A model generated the notes under the pieces. It did not search any database and was not told where the DNA came from. It saw only the letters and a list, made by a program, of their open reading frames with translations. Below, one piece after another: positions 1 through 13,997 of a DNA stretch of 64,000 nucleotides. The DNA comes from Eledone cirrhosa (lineage: Eukaryota), in NCBI GenBank assembly GCA_964016885.1, contig OZ024748.1, positions 59,210,001-59,274,000 on the forward strand, read 5' to 3'. Made by a program: the position numbers and the translations under genes. Position 1 is the first letter of the stretch. Each line of letters begins with the position of its first letter.

Positions 1-56
1 AGACTTCTCTTAAAATACTGCTCTTGTTATGTTCTTGTTATACTTTCTGTCATTTT

Positions 57-848
<792 letters not shown>

Positions 849-849
849 C

Positions 850-1175
850 ACCTTGACCGACCAGACTGTCGAGCGCCGTTCGGCGCAGCTGGTCACAGCA
901 CGTTGCAGTTTTAGCTATACGATGACGCCATCCTACTGGCAGGCGGTAAATCTAACGTCTGTCTTAAGCCATTTGGCCGGTGCTTATCCCGGCTTCATGG
1001 CGTAAAGCGACTGAGAGCACATGACTACCCCCCTGGACAGGACGCCAGTCCATCTCAGGGTTAAACCTCCAGCTATTGCTAGTGCTCATTTTCAGCTGAG
1101 TAAACTGGAGCAACGTGGAATAAAGTGTCCGAGAATTGAACTCACAACCTTTCTATTACAAGCCCAATGCTCTAA
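850..1175 (-). mobile_element. SINE-like fragment
   Basis: Contains ccccctggacaggacgccagtccatc...cagctgagtaaactggagcaacgtggaataaagtgtc, which resembles the reverse complement of a conserved central domain of invertebrate tRNA-SINEs (from recall). Confidence 0.5.
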
Positions 1176-1437
1176 CCAGAATTGTACTTCGGCAGGTAGT
1201 AATAAGCAAAACTCAATTTCAGATTTGTGTGGCAAGCGCTCCATGGACCAGAGCAATAAACATATGTTATAAAGGCCATACAAATAATATAAATATATAT
1301 AAATATATACATTTATAAATATATATATATAATTATATATAAATATTGTTATACTTTGGGAGGGTCATGTTTTTTCAGAAACGAAATATATATAAATATA
1401 TATAAATATATACATTTATAAATATATATATAATTAC

Positions 1438-1514
<77 letters not shown>

Positions 1515-1517
<3 letters not shown>

Positions 1518-2230
1518 AAAAAATGAAACGAAATTTCATTTCTCACTCTTAGTACGGCTGTTACTTAAATATAAGTATGTATACGTACATACATATATGT
1601 ATACAGACGTACAGTAGTATGTATATATATATATATACATACAGGCACACATATATATATATGTACGTATGGATTTACCGAGCATTTATTATAATGCTCG
1701 GTTTGTTTGTAAACAAACATCCCGAATTAAGCCGTACAGTGTTTAGCAACCATCGTTGCCCTTTTGTTCAATACTGACAAAGGAACGATGTACTAGTTTC
1801 AAGCTTATTAGCTATCGTCAGCACCGTATACCATCCTGCCAGATGATTGAACGTCTGAAAGTATATACTTTCCTTATGCATATTAACGGCTGAGCAGCCT
1901 AATTTGCATAGCGAGTGAGTTAATCGGCCGGGCGCACCAAAAACAATAAATGGAAAAAATGAAACGAAATTTCATTTCTCACTCTTAGTACGGCTGTTAC
2001 TTAAATATAAGTATGTATACGTACATACATATATGTATACAGACGTACAGTAGTATGTATATATATACATACATGCACATATATATATATATATGTACGT
2101 ATGGATTTACCGAGCATTTATTATAACTAGTACATCGTTCCTTTGTCAGTGTTGAACAAAAGGGCAACGATGGTTGCTAAACACTGTACGGCTTAATTCG
2201 GGATGTTTGTTTACAAACAAACCGAGCATT
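1515..2230 (-). mobile_element. Hammerhead-carrying repeat family A: one unit, a partial tandem copy and an inverted partial copy
   Basis: 1515-1950 is repeated at 1950-2125, and 2125-2230 is the reverse complement of ~1678-1797. The same family occurs at 32781-33110, 59315-59775 and 62748-63655. Confidence 0.8.
1785..1827 (-). ncRNA. Type I hammerhead ribozyme, minimal (family A)
   Basis: Minus strand: acggtg CTGACGA t-agct-aata-agct-t GAAA ctag TA catcgt. Stem I is acggtg/catcgt; cleavage triplet GUA. Confidence 0.8.
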
Positions 2231-2915
2231 TTTATTTCTATGTTCTCGCCAGATCTTCAAGAGAGTAAAGAATCATATGTACTCCACCAACATGCTAATT
2301 AGAACATAAGGGTAAATTAGAGAACATAGAAATAAAAATAGAATCTACACACAGAAAAGACACAATGTTTAGACAAATCACAGAGGCAATAAACATAAAT
2401 GAACTCCAACCAAAATTAAATAGAAAACATGAATGGAATAGCAACATCACAACTTACAATTAAGGACAAAATGAAAACACACACACACATAGAACAAACA
2501 ACCAACCAGTAACATGTAAATAAACAAATAATTAAACAAATATAAACACACACAGACACCCGGATGTAACACAGGTGCAAACTAAGAACACAACACACAC
2601 AAAAACCAGATGGCATAGGACAGAACAAAGGAGAGGCACAAAAACAAAGAAAAGAATCCCCAGTCACTGAAGAGGTCACAGAATGTGTGACGAATGAACT
2701 TTGACAATATATGAACAATCGTCTAGTTGTTGAACCAACCAACCAACCAGAAATTTATAAATTCTTAAATTTATAAATTTAATTTATAGTAAATTGGAGT
2801 GAAAGCACCTGGTGCGTGTGTTTCTTATTGGCAACATGACCCTCCCAAAGCATAACAATATAGGTTTCAACACACGTTTTCAGATAAAGAATCTTGCTAA
2901 ACAAATTCAGAAACG

Positions 2916-2971
<56 letters not shown>

Positions 2972-3544
2972 CCACTCAATATACGGCAAAATATGTATCA
3001 TAGAGATATTAATAAATCTAAATTATATGCATATGACTTCAGAATTTCTTTCATGCTATATTTTATATATATATATAGGTGTGTGTGTGGAGGGGTGTAT
3101 CTCGAGTGTGAGTGGTGGTGGTGGTGTGTGTGTTGTGGTGGTGGTATGTGTGGCGTGGTGGTGGTATGTGTGGCGTGTGGTGTGGTGGTGTGTGTGTGTG
3201 TTGTGGTGGTGGTATGTGTGGCGTGGTGGTGGTGGTGGTGTATGTGTGTGTTGTGGTGCTGGTATGTGTGGCGTGGTGGTCGTAAGTGTGGCGTGTGGTG
3301 TGGTGTGTATGTGTGTCAGTTTCTCAGTATGTTTCTGCCTGCCTGTGTATGAATGTGTGTATGTATGAATGTGTTTACTAAAATAATTAATTTTAGCAAA
3401 TTTTCATATGTTAATGATGATAATGATGATGATATTGATGGTGCAGATGATAATGAAACCAAGGTGAAGGTCTTGGGTGAAACTGACAATAAGTTTTGTT
3501 GTTGTTGTTATCGATGTTTGTAGTTTGTTTGTTTGATTTATCTC

Positions 3545-4150
3545 AGGCGCCTGAGGATCCTCCTCAGAGGCGCTAGAGATGCGACTGGGAGACGGACTAA
3601 TTCCTCTAAGGATGTGCCGAGTTGGTGATGATATCTCTCGCCAATGCAGGGAGGGCATCGTAGCCAGAGATGTTGAGACGACGACTCCCCCCCCCTTCAC
3701 CGCAGAGGACATGTAGAGCAAAAGAGGGGGGGGGGGGTCTGAACGAATTTTGGCATGGCAGATTTGACATCGGCGAATGGAGATCGCTGCAGGACGGATA
3801 GTAAGCACGTCAGACATTATTCCCCCGACAGAAGCCACACGCGATGCCTTGAGGACTCTTTTTCTGTATTAGAGTCAGGCCGCTGCAGATCCTGTGGAAG
3901 ATACGTCGGCAAGTCGAGCAGGAAATGGGCACGAAGTCTTGTCGGATCGTCCTGGAACATCCCGCGCAGGATGGGCCATGGTTCGACTCGACATCACCCG
4001 CCATGAAAAGTAACTTCCGGAGATGTAGGGCGGGTCTTACAGCTCCAGTTGTCGAAAAAAAAAATCGATGTGGTGATGGTAGCCGGGGGTGGTTCAGCAC
4101 ATGTGGTAGACAGCAGGGCTTCATATTGTCCTGTAACACAACCTCGCATG
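3545..4150 (-). mobile_element. Non-LTR retrotransposon 5' fragment: 2A-like peptide followed by PHD finger
   Basis: Translation LRKLLFMAGDVESNHGP then CAGC..CSTC..HRIC..CGFC (PHD-like), then a second, frameshifted CQIC finger. GC-richer than the flanks. Confidence 0.65.
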
Positions 4151-4309
4151 AATGCAGGAATGTTTGTATAGTTCGGTAAAGGCAATGTATAGGTTAACAT
4201 ATATATATATATGTGTGCGCGTGTGTGTGTGTGTATGTATGTGTGTGCGTGTGTGTGTGTGTATGTATGTATCTGTGGGTGGGTGTCAATACATGCATAT
4301 ATATGTGAA

Positions 4310-4426
<117 letters not shown>

Positions 4427-4671
4427 GTGTGTGTGCGTGTGTGTGTGTGTGAGAAAAGTACACGGAAGACAACAATGCAACCAATACAGCACAATGATGA
4501 TATATGTTATAATAGGAAACGAGTCTGCTTTTATATACACACCCTCACACACACATATACATATATATATGTGTACACACAAACACACACAAATACATAT
4601 ATGTACACGTATATATATATATACACATGTGTATATATGTGTATATGTGTATTTATTTATTTCTATCTCTG

Positions 4672-4734
<63 letters not shown>

Positions 4735-5678
4735 ATGTGTGTGCGTGTGTGTGTGTGAGTGTGTGTGCGTGTTGGTGCGTGTTGGTGTGCGTGTGTGTGC
4801 CTGTGCGTGTGTGTGTGCGTTTACGGTTTTTCTTTCTTGATATACCAATATGTTGTTTTTTTATGTGAAACCTTTCTTTGTGCAAGTAAAACCATTTCAG
4901 TTCGAAGAATTAACTTTCATGCACTTTTGCATGTAAGTTACTCTACGTTGAAGTAATTTGAACTCTACAGTTCATGTCAGCTACCTACCCTGTCTTGATA
5001 AACAGGTTTTTAAAAATGTAATTAACTTATGCACTTTCAATGGACTATTAAGGTTTGACACTTATCTTCTCTCGTTTCATTGGGCTTAAAATAATTCTTT
5101 CCTTTTTCTCTTATGTCTTTTATATTGACATATGTGTTGGGTGGAAAAAGAAAGGAAAGGAGCCTTGAATGTCTTATGGTGTCGTTAGGGTGTTATCCTG
5201 ATACCCTGATAGATGGTGTGTCTTGGGTGTTATAAGCGTAGCGAACCCCTCTCAAAGTTAGAATACAACCAATTTCTTCCAGAGGGAGAGAGAGAGAGAG
5301 ATACAGACAGACACAGAGACAGACAGACAGTCGCCTACAGACAGACGCACAGACAGAGACAGACAGCCACAAACAGACAGACACAGACAGAAAGACAGAG
5401 TGAGAGAGAGTGGAAGATTGGTTACCCAAACTGGTATTTCATATTATATGAAAGAAGAATATAAACAAAGTTAACCTCTTAAGGATTAGAACCCAGAATG
5501 CAGTGATCCGGAAGACAAGCCACACGGTATTTTTGTCCTACGCCTTAATCATTCTGCCATTTTACAGCCAACGCACTTTAACTAAAAACTGTTGTAAGCA
5601 AATTGTGCAGAAATCAAACGAATCCAAACTTGTAAAATTCCGGAGCTAGAAACCAAAAGAAAACGATTGATATTCATA

Positions 5679-5870
5679 GAGCGGTGGATTGGCAGTATCG
5701 GTAGAGGGCCAGACGGCATGCTTTGCAGCACAGAGTTATGGCCCTTTACGGTCTGAGTTCGAATCCCGCCGAGGTTAACTTTGTCTTTCATCCTTGCGGG
5801 GTCGATAAAATAAAGTACCAGTAATACACTGGGATAATTGTTGGCCTTGTCCTAAAAGTAGAAACAATTA
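5679..5870 (+). mobile_element. tRNA-derived SINE (dominant family), representative copy
   Basis: gcggtggattggcagtatcggtagag (A-box-like)...gagttcgaatccc (B-box)...tcgataaaataaagtaccagt...agtagaaacaatta. Other copies at ~9690, 11965, 12160, 18170, 19095, 19295, 19750, 20298, 20405, 21735, 27430, 30490, 30615, 32062, 49467 and 61361. Confidence 0.85.
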
Positions 5871-6134
5871 ATAGTATTGCATTACATTTGCTATCAATAC
5901 ACTGGAAGAAACTAAATATTTACACCGACCAGAGAAGATATATAGTTTAGTGGTTAGGCTGTTCGGCTCATGATCACGAAGTCGTGAGTTCGATTGATGT
6001 TGTTGTTCGACTATAGTTGGTTCCCTCGACAACTCTTCCCGATGTAAGATCAATGGAGTCGCCTACTCATGTAATTTGGTCAAGTAACTGAGTATTTCAT
6101 AGACACGTGTACCCTTAACGTAGCTTTTAAAGAG

Positions 6135-6490
6135 ATTCGGGATTCGCGGTGGCAAACCCCTCGTCTGGGATGCCACTTGCACCGACACTTTCTGCAGCCG
6201 CAACCTGGTGCAGTCTGCGACTGACCCAGGTTCTGCTGCACGACTGGCTGGGGGGGCCAAACTCCTCAAATACCGGTCGCTCTCCGACAGGTTTGCGGTC
6301 GTACCCCTGGCAGTGGAGACTTCTGGTGTCCTCGGCCCCAGGGCTACCTCCTTACTCACCACGATAGGTGCTGAGCTGGCCAGCCGCAGGTGTGAACCCC
6401 GCGATTTGGAGTGGCTTTTGCAGCGCGTCTCCCTTGCCGTCCTCCGGGGAAACGCCTTCTCCATTCTGTCCGCCGGGGCTGAGGGTGGGC
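6135..6490 (+). mobile_element. 3' end of a CRE-like non-LTR retrotransposon (restriction-like endonuclease C-terminus)
   Basis: WDATCTDT...KLLKY...VPLAVETSGVLG...LLQRVSLAVLRGNA. Shorter related 3' ends at ~50390-50540 and ~61122-61285. Confidence 0.7.
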
Positions 6491-7107
6491 CCCATCGCGT
6501 ACCAATACATTAGTTAAATACCATTCTTTCAACTGATACAATTAGCTCCATCATTGGTGAAGATGAGTTTACTGGTGTGTTTTTATAAACCTTCAAGGAC
6601 TTTCTTAAAGAAAAAAAAAAATGTTACAATACGTCAATTCTTTCGTTAATTTTTTCTATTCTGATTCTGTTTGTCAATTTCAAAAATTGTATTCTTAATA
6701 TCTTAATCAATAAAATCTGCGCCTACTACTTACACAGTAAACTTAAGCATTAGATTTCTCTCACTTATAAATCGTTTACCTCATCGTAGGTGCGTCCCAT
6801 GAATATTATAAGAATAGCGCAAGAAAATTTTATTAATTGAATAATTGTACAAGTAAGAAAAACAACAAACAATTTGACTCTATGAATAAACGAAAATGTG
6901 TGTATGTACCTTACTAAGAATATATATATATATACATACACACACACACACACGTAGATATATATATATATATATTTTATTTTGTATATATATATATGTA
7001 TATATATATATGTTTATATATGTATATATATATATGTTTTTATATATATGTATATATATATACATATATATATATATGTTTTTATATATATGTATATATA
7101 TATATGT

Positions 7108-7179
<72 letters not shown>

Positions 7180-7522
7180 ATATATACCTCTTTTACTTCC
7201 GCATCTAAGTGTACGTGTGTGTAGGTGTGTTTATGCGCGCGCCTTCATATTCATATTCTTATGATGTATCTATTCTGTCTGTAGATTACAGACATACAGA
7301 TACATTTGCCCTAAATTTTATATTTACGCACACTTTTTCACTATACGTATACATATGTGCATACACATATATGCACATCTGTGAGCGTATATACATACAT
7401 ATACACACACCTAACTATATTTCTTGAAAGATTATTATATATTTCATATTCTAATTCATTTGTCTATATCTTTTTTTTGATTTTCTTGACGAGACTTTCC
7501 AAGTATTTACCCATGTTTTATA

Positions 7523-7598
7523 TTGCCTCGTCTGACGAACGAATGAAGACGCTTCTTTCGTATTCACCTCATTCGGGAAACCTCTGGTAATGAGGTAA
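7523..7598 (+). ncRNA. Type I hammerhead ribozyme
   Basis: ttgcctcgt CTGACGA a-cgaatga...tcattcg-g GAAA cc-tct-gg TA atgaggtaa. 9-bp stem I including G-U pairs. Confidence 0.8.
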
Positions 7599-7827
7599 TT
7601 ATATTGTATTGATTTTTATACATTAAATTTTGCTCTGATACTTACATAGAGCACTCTTCACTTCTATGACCTTTTCTGTTTTCAACGGAAATTTCAATAC
7701 TTATATATATATATATATATATTTAATTTGTTGGAATTCAACAAACTTTTATAACACTATCCAGAGAACCTCCAACCGTCAAGGTTGTTCTTCTGCTGGT
7801 ATGTCAACATTTATAAAACAAATTTTG

Positions 7828-7893
7828 TATTTTATCTGATGAAAGCGCACCAAAATTTGCCTTGGTTGCCCTTGAAATATATATAATAAAATA
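7828..7893 (+). ncRNA. Type I hammerhead ribozyme (family E)
   Basis: tattttat CTGATGA aag...ctt GAAA tatata TA ataaaata. Homologues at 29153-29217 (-) and 48019-48083 (+). Confidence 0.7.
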
Positions 7894-7932
7894 ACTATGG
7901 TTTTATAAATATAGTTTCCATTTATTAATATA

Positions 7933-7967
<35 letters not shown>

Positions 7968-7970
<3 letters not shown>

Positions 7971-8570
7971 TGGCTGCCAACTCGTTTTCGAGTACGGCCA
8001 CTACTTTATATCCATATAGGAGAACCCCTACCGATGCACTGAACGAGTGTGACCTTTTAGTCCAGCCAGCGACTTGAAAACTCTGGTACAAACACTACAC
8101 TTGTGACAAATATTGACACATAGTGCTGGGGCCATGGTACCTTGTGACGACAAGTGCAGAGAGATCTCCAGATATAAAGCAATGCCTGTGCCGTGAAGCT
8201 TTTATAGTGAGCAAAGGCACTGCACAAAGCCAGTCCCACTCTCTTAACCAAGATGATATTTACCAAAAAGAAGAACAAGTCAACATCATTGGATACCATC
8301 AGAGTTGCAGGTGTTATATCAGAGTTTTCCTTCTCCTAGAATTCTGCCTTGACAAAGGCTAAGGGGTCATCTCTCCCGGTGATTTTGGATGGCCATTGAC
8401 TCTTAAGAGCTCCTTTGCCCTTTGACAGGTCTTGTTTTTAGTCCTGCAGGATGTCCAAAGTCACCCTCCTCACCAAGAAACCTTGGTGGGGTTGCCAGTT
8501 TAGTCGCCAACGACCCGACCATGGGACAGGTTGTACTGGGATACATGTTACCAGTAGCACCAACTGGTAT
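7968..8570 (-). mobile_element. Non-autonomous RTE-tailed element/SINE
   Basis: Tail encodes a C2H2-like remnant (CSVCTRVFKSLAGLKGHTRSVH) and ends ggccgtactcgaaaacgagttggcagccacca+(TA)n. Copies at 32300-32712 (+) and 36240-36475 (+); related pieces at 8913-9330 and 56920-57115. Confidence 0.65.
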
Positions 8571-8586
8571 ATATATACATACATAC

Positions 8587-8665
<79 letters not shown>

Positions 8666-8867
8666 TATATACGTATGTATGTATATATATATGAAAACAG
8701 GGAGAAAGAGACGATTATGAGGAAGAAAAATATATTTTTTTCCTTTTTTTGTCTCACTCTCTCTTTTTTCTGGGTTAGAAAATGATTAAAACGAAATGTT
8801 TTACTTTGTGTGAAGTGTTAAGGTATTAGTTGATTTATTTATTATTTAACAATGGCATTTATTTATC

Positions 8868-8916
<49 letters not shown>

Positions 8917-9869
8917 GATGGCTACACACTCTGCTACAAGTACGCAATCGCTTGTCAGATTATAGAGTTTGGTGCACTTTTAGGCATCCGCCAGCCACAT
9001 GTACCTGTAACTTAACCTGAACAAACACTGCATGTGCTTAACATCGAAAACACTACCCAAAAAGGAGAACTTGTCAACATCATCGGATGCTTCCGATGCC
9101 GAAGGGTTTCCCTCTCGTAGAAAGTGTTGTGACTACAACAGGGGGCCTTTCACTCCCAGATGAAAAAAAAATAAAAAGTACTATTTGGATGGCCGTTGAC
9201 TCTGCTGAGTTCCTCTGCCCTTTCCTCTGCCGGGTTTGTATTTCATCCCGCAGGCTGTCCAAATATCACCCTCCTCACCAAGAAAGTTTGGTGCGGTTGC
9301 TGGTTTAGTATTGACGACCCAACCATGAGATTATTTTCCAGATTATTATTTGCTTTTTATGTGTACAAATTACTATGTGTTCCTCAAACGATATATGCTT
9401 CTTTCTCTCTCTAAATATATCTTTTCAATTTGAATATATGTTGATGTAGAGAACATATATAATGCTGTTTGTACTTTGTCCGTTGTGACCTCTGGAAGAA
9501 ATTGTACGATGTACCATTATCAATAATTATTAATTAATTCTATCGTGCAATGCCTGAGCGTGAAGATATTTTTTAAAGTTAGGAAAGACTGTGCACTGAG
9601 CCATATGTACTTATACACTCTATTTTCCTACTCATCATCATCATCGTCGACATCATCGTTGTCATTGTCATTATTATCGTCACCATAGAACGATGAATTG
9701 CCAGAATCGGTAGAGGGTCGGACGCCATGCTTTCAAGCATAGTTACGTCCCTTTACGATCTGAGTTCAAATCCCACCTTTTATCCATACGGGGGGGGGGG
9801 GGTCGATAAAATAAATTACCAGTAATGCACTGGGGTAATTGCTGGCCTTGCGCCAAAAGTAGAAACAAG

Positions 9870-9965
9870 TATTATCGTCATCATAGTCATCGTCATTATC
9901 GTCGTCGTTTTCATCGTCGATGTCATCATCATCATCATCATCATAAGCAGTTGCATTGGTTGTTG

Positions 9966-10017
<52 letters not shown>

Positions 10018-10510
10018 TACCACCAGCAGTATCGATATCATCATCATCAACACTATCAATGTATCGTTGTCATTTTCATCGTCACCGTCATCAACATCAT
10101 CATCATTACCATCATCACTACCCTCACCATTATCACCACCACCATCACCATCACCGCCAACATCATCATCGCCATCACCATCAACTCTAACATCATCACC
10201 ATCAGCACTTTTAACGTCATCACCATCATCACCATCACCATCACCATCATCATCATCATCATCACCATCACCATCATCATGAACAATAACACCATCACCA
10301 TCACCATCACCATCACCAGCAACACGACCACAGTATCACCATCAACACCATCACCATCGCCATCATCATCATCACCATCACCATCATCATCAGCAGTAAC
10401 ACCATCACCATCATCATCACCATCACCATCACCATCACCAGCAACACGACCACAGCCATCACCATCATCATCATCATCATCAGCAGTAACATCATCATCA
10501 TCATCGCCGC
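9870..10510. repeat. (CAT/CAC)n trinucleotide repeat
   Basis: Direct reading; explains the poly-H/S/I/M/D ORFs. Confidence 0.95.
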
Positions 10511-10839
10511 CGTACGCCGTCATCCAAGAACATGAAACAATATCATTTCACACGCACCATTAATGGTATCGGGTGAGGAGGGGGGGGGGGGGGGGCATGA
10601 TCTTCATAATACCCTACCCCCAAGGAGATTGATACAAAATATTGATTTCTTAACATTTGAAAGGTGTCTGGAATGTTAAAGGGTGAGTAGGCGGTATAAG
10701 ATCGATCAAATCCAATATGTTCTTTGACTGATAATATATTGTATCGATCCGGCCATGGAATAATGGAAAACAAATTCGACCTGTGTGAGATTTGAACATG
10801 AATACAATATATGTAGAATTGTTTCTACTTTTGGCACAA

Positions 10840-11035
10840 CAGTATTACTGGTACTTTGTTTTATTTTATCCCAGAGTATTACTGGTACTTTATTTTATTT
10901 TATCCCAGAGTATTACTGGTACTTTATTTTATTTTATCCCAGAGTATTACGGGTACTTTATTTTATTTTATTCCAGACTATTACTGGTACTTTATTTTAT
11001 TTTATCCCAGAGTATTACTGGTACTTTATTTTATC
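10840..11035. repeat. 34-bp tandem repeat amplified inside a SINE copy
   Basis: About 6 copies of ccagagtattactggtactttattttattttatc, flanked on both sides by the remaining minus-strand SINE sequence. Confidence 0.85.
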
Positions 11036-11274
11036 GATCCCGTAAGGATGAAAGGAAAAGTTAACCTTGGCGATTCCAAATATATATGTTTGTATGTATA
11101 CATGTATCTATATATATTTTTTTCTGGGTTATTTTCATCGGTAGGGGTGGAAGAAGTTAGTGCTCGGGGCTAACTAAATGTAGGTACATACATATATACA
11201 GATATATATCTATATATATACATACATACATACTGATATATATACATAAATACATACAGATACATACATACATA

Positions 11275-11612
11275 CATGATGGCTGCCCCCCTATCGAGTA
11301 TGGCCATTGCACGATATACCATTATTAATAATTAATAATTAATTCTATCGTGCAATGCCTGAGCGTGAAGATATTTTTTAAAGTTAGGAAAGACTGTGCA
11401 CTGAGCCAATCCCACTCTCTGAGCGACAGTAGCTGTAACCCGAAAAGAAGAAAAGATCAACATCATCGGTAACTACTGAGCCGCAGGCTTTATATCGGAG
11501 TTATCCCAGATTCCTGAGTTGCCTTCTCCTAGAAGAATGCGCTGACAAAGGCTAGGGGTCCTTCACTCCCAGTGGTTTAACCGCACGATCCGGTGTCCAA
11601 CCCGACTTTTTC

Positions 11613-11615
<3 letters not shown>
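11275..11615 (-). mobile_element. Second RTE-tailed SINE family
   Basis: Near-identical copy at 56495-56840 and a partial copy at 9505-9605. Shares the ggcagccatca-type tail and the ccttctcctag...acaaaggctag block with the 7968 family. Confidence 0.65.
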
Positions 11616-11685
<70 letters not shown>

Positions 11686-11691
<6 letters not shown>

Positions 11692-11919
11692 GTTTGTAGT
11701 TGTAAGGCCAAGACAATGCAAGTATGGATATAGAATATAAATGCAAATGCAAAAGATATTGTTGACAGTTAGTCTTTTACCTTAAATTTATTTAAATATC
11801 GTAGGATATTTAAATAAATTTAAGGTAAAAGACTAATTGTCAACAATATCTTTTGCATTTGCATTTATATTCTATATCCATACTTGCATTGTCTTGGCCT
11901 TACAACTACAAACGTTTAT
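11686..11919. repeat. Long near-perfect DNA palindrome (~115-bp arms, 4-nt loop)
   Basis: ataaacgtttgtagttgtaagg...aaatatc gtag gatattt...ccttacaactacaaacgtttat; abuts a (TA)n tract. Confidence 0.95.
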
Positions 11920-13213
11920 TCCTCATTACACAATACTTCAAGTGAACTGCAACTTGTATAGTTACAATAATTGTTTCTACTTTTGGCACAAGGCCAGCAA
12001 TTAACCAGTGCATTACTGGTACTTTATTTTATGGACCTCGTAAGGATGAAAGGCAAAGTCAACCTCGGCGAGATTTGAACTCAGTCCGTAAAGGGACGTA
12101 ACTGTGCTGCAAAGCATGGCGTCCGACCCTCTACCGATACTGCCAATCCGCCGCCAATGTAATGGCATTTGGTAGAGGGTCGGACGCCATGCTTTCCAGC
12201 ATAGTTGCGTCCCTTTATGATCTGAGTTCAAATCCCGCCGAGGTTGACTTTGCCTTTCATCCTTACGGGGTCGATAAAATAAAGTACCAGTAATGCACTG
12301 GGCAATTGCTGGCCTTGTGCCTAAAGTAGAAACAATTATGTGTATAGTTACAATAATGGCATTACGCAGATAATTAAGCTTCCTTGGTTTAACACTACTA
12401 ACTCATTCATTCTGCCATGTTATGATGGAGTTAGGGTTGATTGATATACAGAGGAGGATTGAGCGAGATAAGTGTAGATATTTATAAAGCGTGAGAGGGG
12501 GAATTAGTCTTAGATATAGTGAGTGTGATAAGAGAGGCGCTGTGGTGGTAGATAAAGAGAGGGGTATAGTTTGGTTTTAGTAGATACAGAGAGGAGCATT
12601 AAAAGAGAGTTTTGACATAGAGAGGAGGAGTGTTTGGTGGCACTCTAGGGTCCCAAATAATAGGAGGGATGGCAATAAGAGGGAGGGGTCTTGTGAAATC
12701 AGTAATTATATAGTGTACGTTCATAAATATGGGTTTTCTTGTAATGTGCTTTTGCCATATATAATGGGGTTTTTTTAATGTAAAATAAAATTATTATTAG
12801 ATTCTCCAGCTGCTGTATCAATATGAATCCCTTATAAAATTTCGCTTGAGATAGATTAGTAAAATTAGATAAGCGCGTGGGGGTGGGGGTGGAATAAAAA
12901 CTGGGGCTGGGGGGTCTGACAAATAAATAAGCGGGGGATGGGGACGATTATTCAAAACCTGAAAGCACGTGAATTATTGACAGACGTAAGAATGAAAACT
13001 CAATGCCCAAGCAGAGTTTAGATATTCATTTATAATGGCTAAGCATCCTGGAGTCTCACCTGCGTACTCACAAGATTATCAGACAAGACTGGTGATCCTG
13101 TGAGTGAGCAGGTGAAGGTTTAAAGTAACAACGCTCACCAATAGCCATAATGATAATAATATATATATATACCAGCAAGTATTGCACCAAGAAAAATAAA
13201 ACGTCGCGTGAAG

Positions 13214-13268
<55 letters not shown>

Positions 13269-13284
13269 AATATATATACATACA

Positions 13285-13418
13285 TATGCTTGGACCAAAG
13301 TATGACTGAACTTGGATTTGTAGACAAAGAGCGCAGCTCCCTAATTAATAGACTACAAATGGCTGCGATAGCTGGCACCTTCCAAATTTGCAAAACATTC
13401 TTGCGATTCAAGGGATGA
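13285..13418 (+). mobile_element. Extreme 3' coding fragment of an R4/Dong-like LINE
   Basis: LDQSMTELGFVDKERSSLINRLQMAAIAGTFQICKTFLRFKG*, homologous to the fragment at 34800-35030. Confidence 0.55.
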
Positions 13419-13491
13419 CAATTTCTTTTGTGCATGCATGTACACACACACACATACATACATACATACATACATACATACATACATACAT

Positions 13492-13530
<39 letters not shown>

Positions 13531-13933
13531 TAGACATAAACTAGTTAAATGTTAACGCCCCATGCTAGCGGTGGAGAACATTTTTATGTGTGTCAAGGAA
13601 AAATTAAAAATCCACTTTTTGTGCACGATAATTCTGGAACCTGAAATTCAGCAATATTAATTAAAACACATTAATTAACCACGTAATTAAATACTGCTAA
13701 GAAATGCTAAAAGCAGCTCGTATTAAATTACACTTTCTGTGAGAAGGTTTAAAATTACTTTTATGATATAGTATATTAAAAATCTTCGTCAGCGGTTTCA
13801 AATTTGTACGTAGGCGAAATCTTTCCCGCGGGTAAAGAATTACCCAGACGCTCAAATCCTTTTACTTTAATATTAATGTTTTAACTTCTATGTACATATA
13901 TATATATATATGAATGTATATATATATATATGC

Positions 13934-13967
<34 letters not shown>

Positions 13968-13997
13968 AATAAATATGTATAAATATATATATATAAA

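Noticed and set aside
2661-2706. Hammerhead-like gtca CTGAAGA g-gtcaca..tgtgac gaat..tgac (homologue at ~28495-28540)
   Set aside because: GAAA is mutated in one copy and the CUGANGA core in the other, and stem III is unclear. Probably a decayed ribozyme; not counted.
13730-13800. Minus-strand CTGACGA core
   Set aside because: No matching stem III-UH-stem I closure found.
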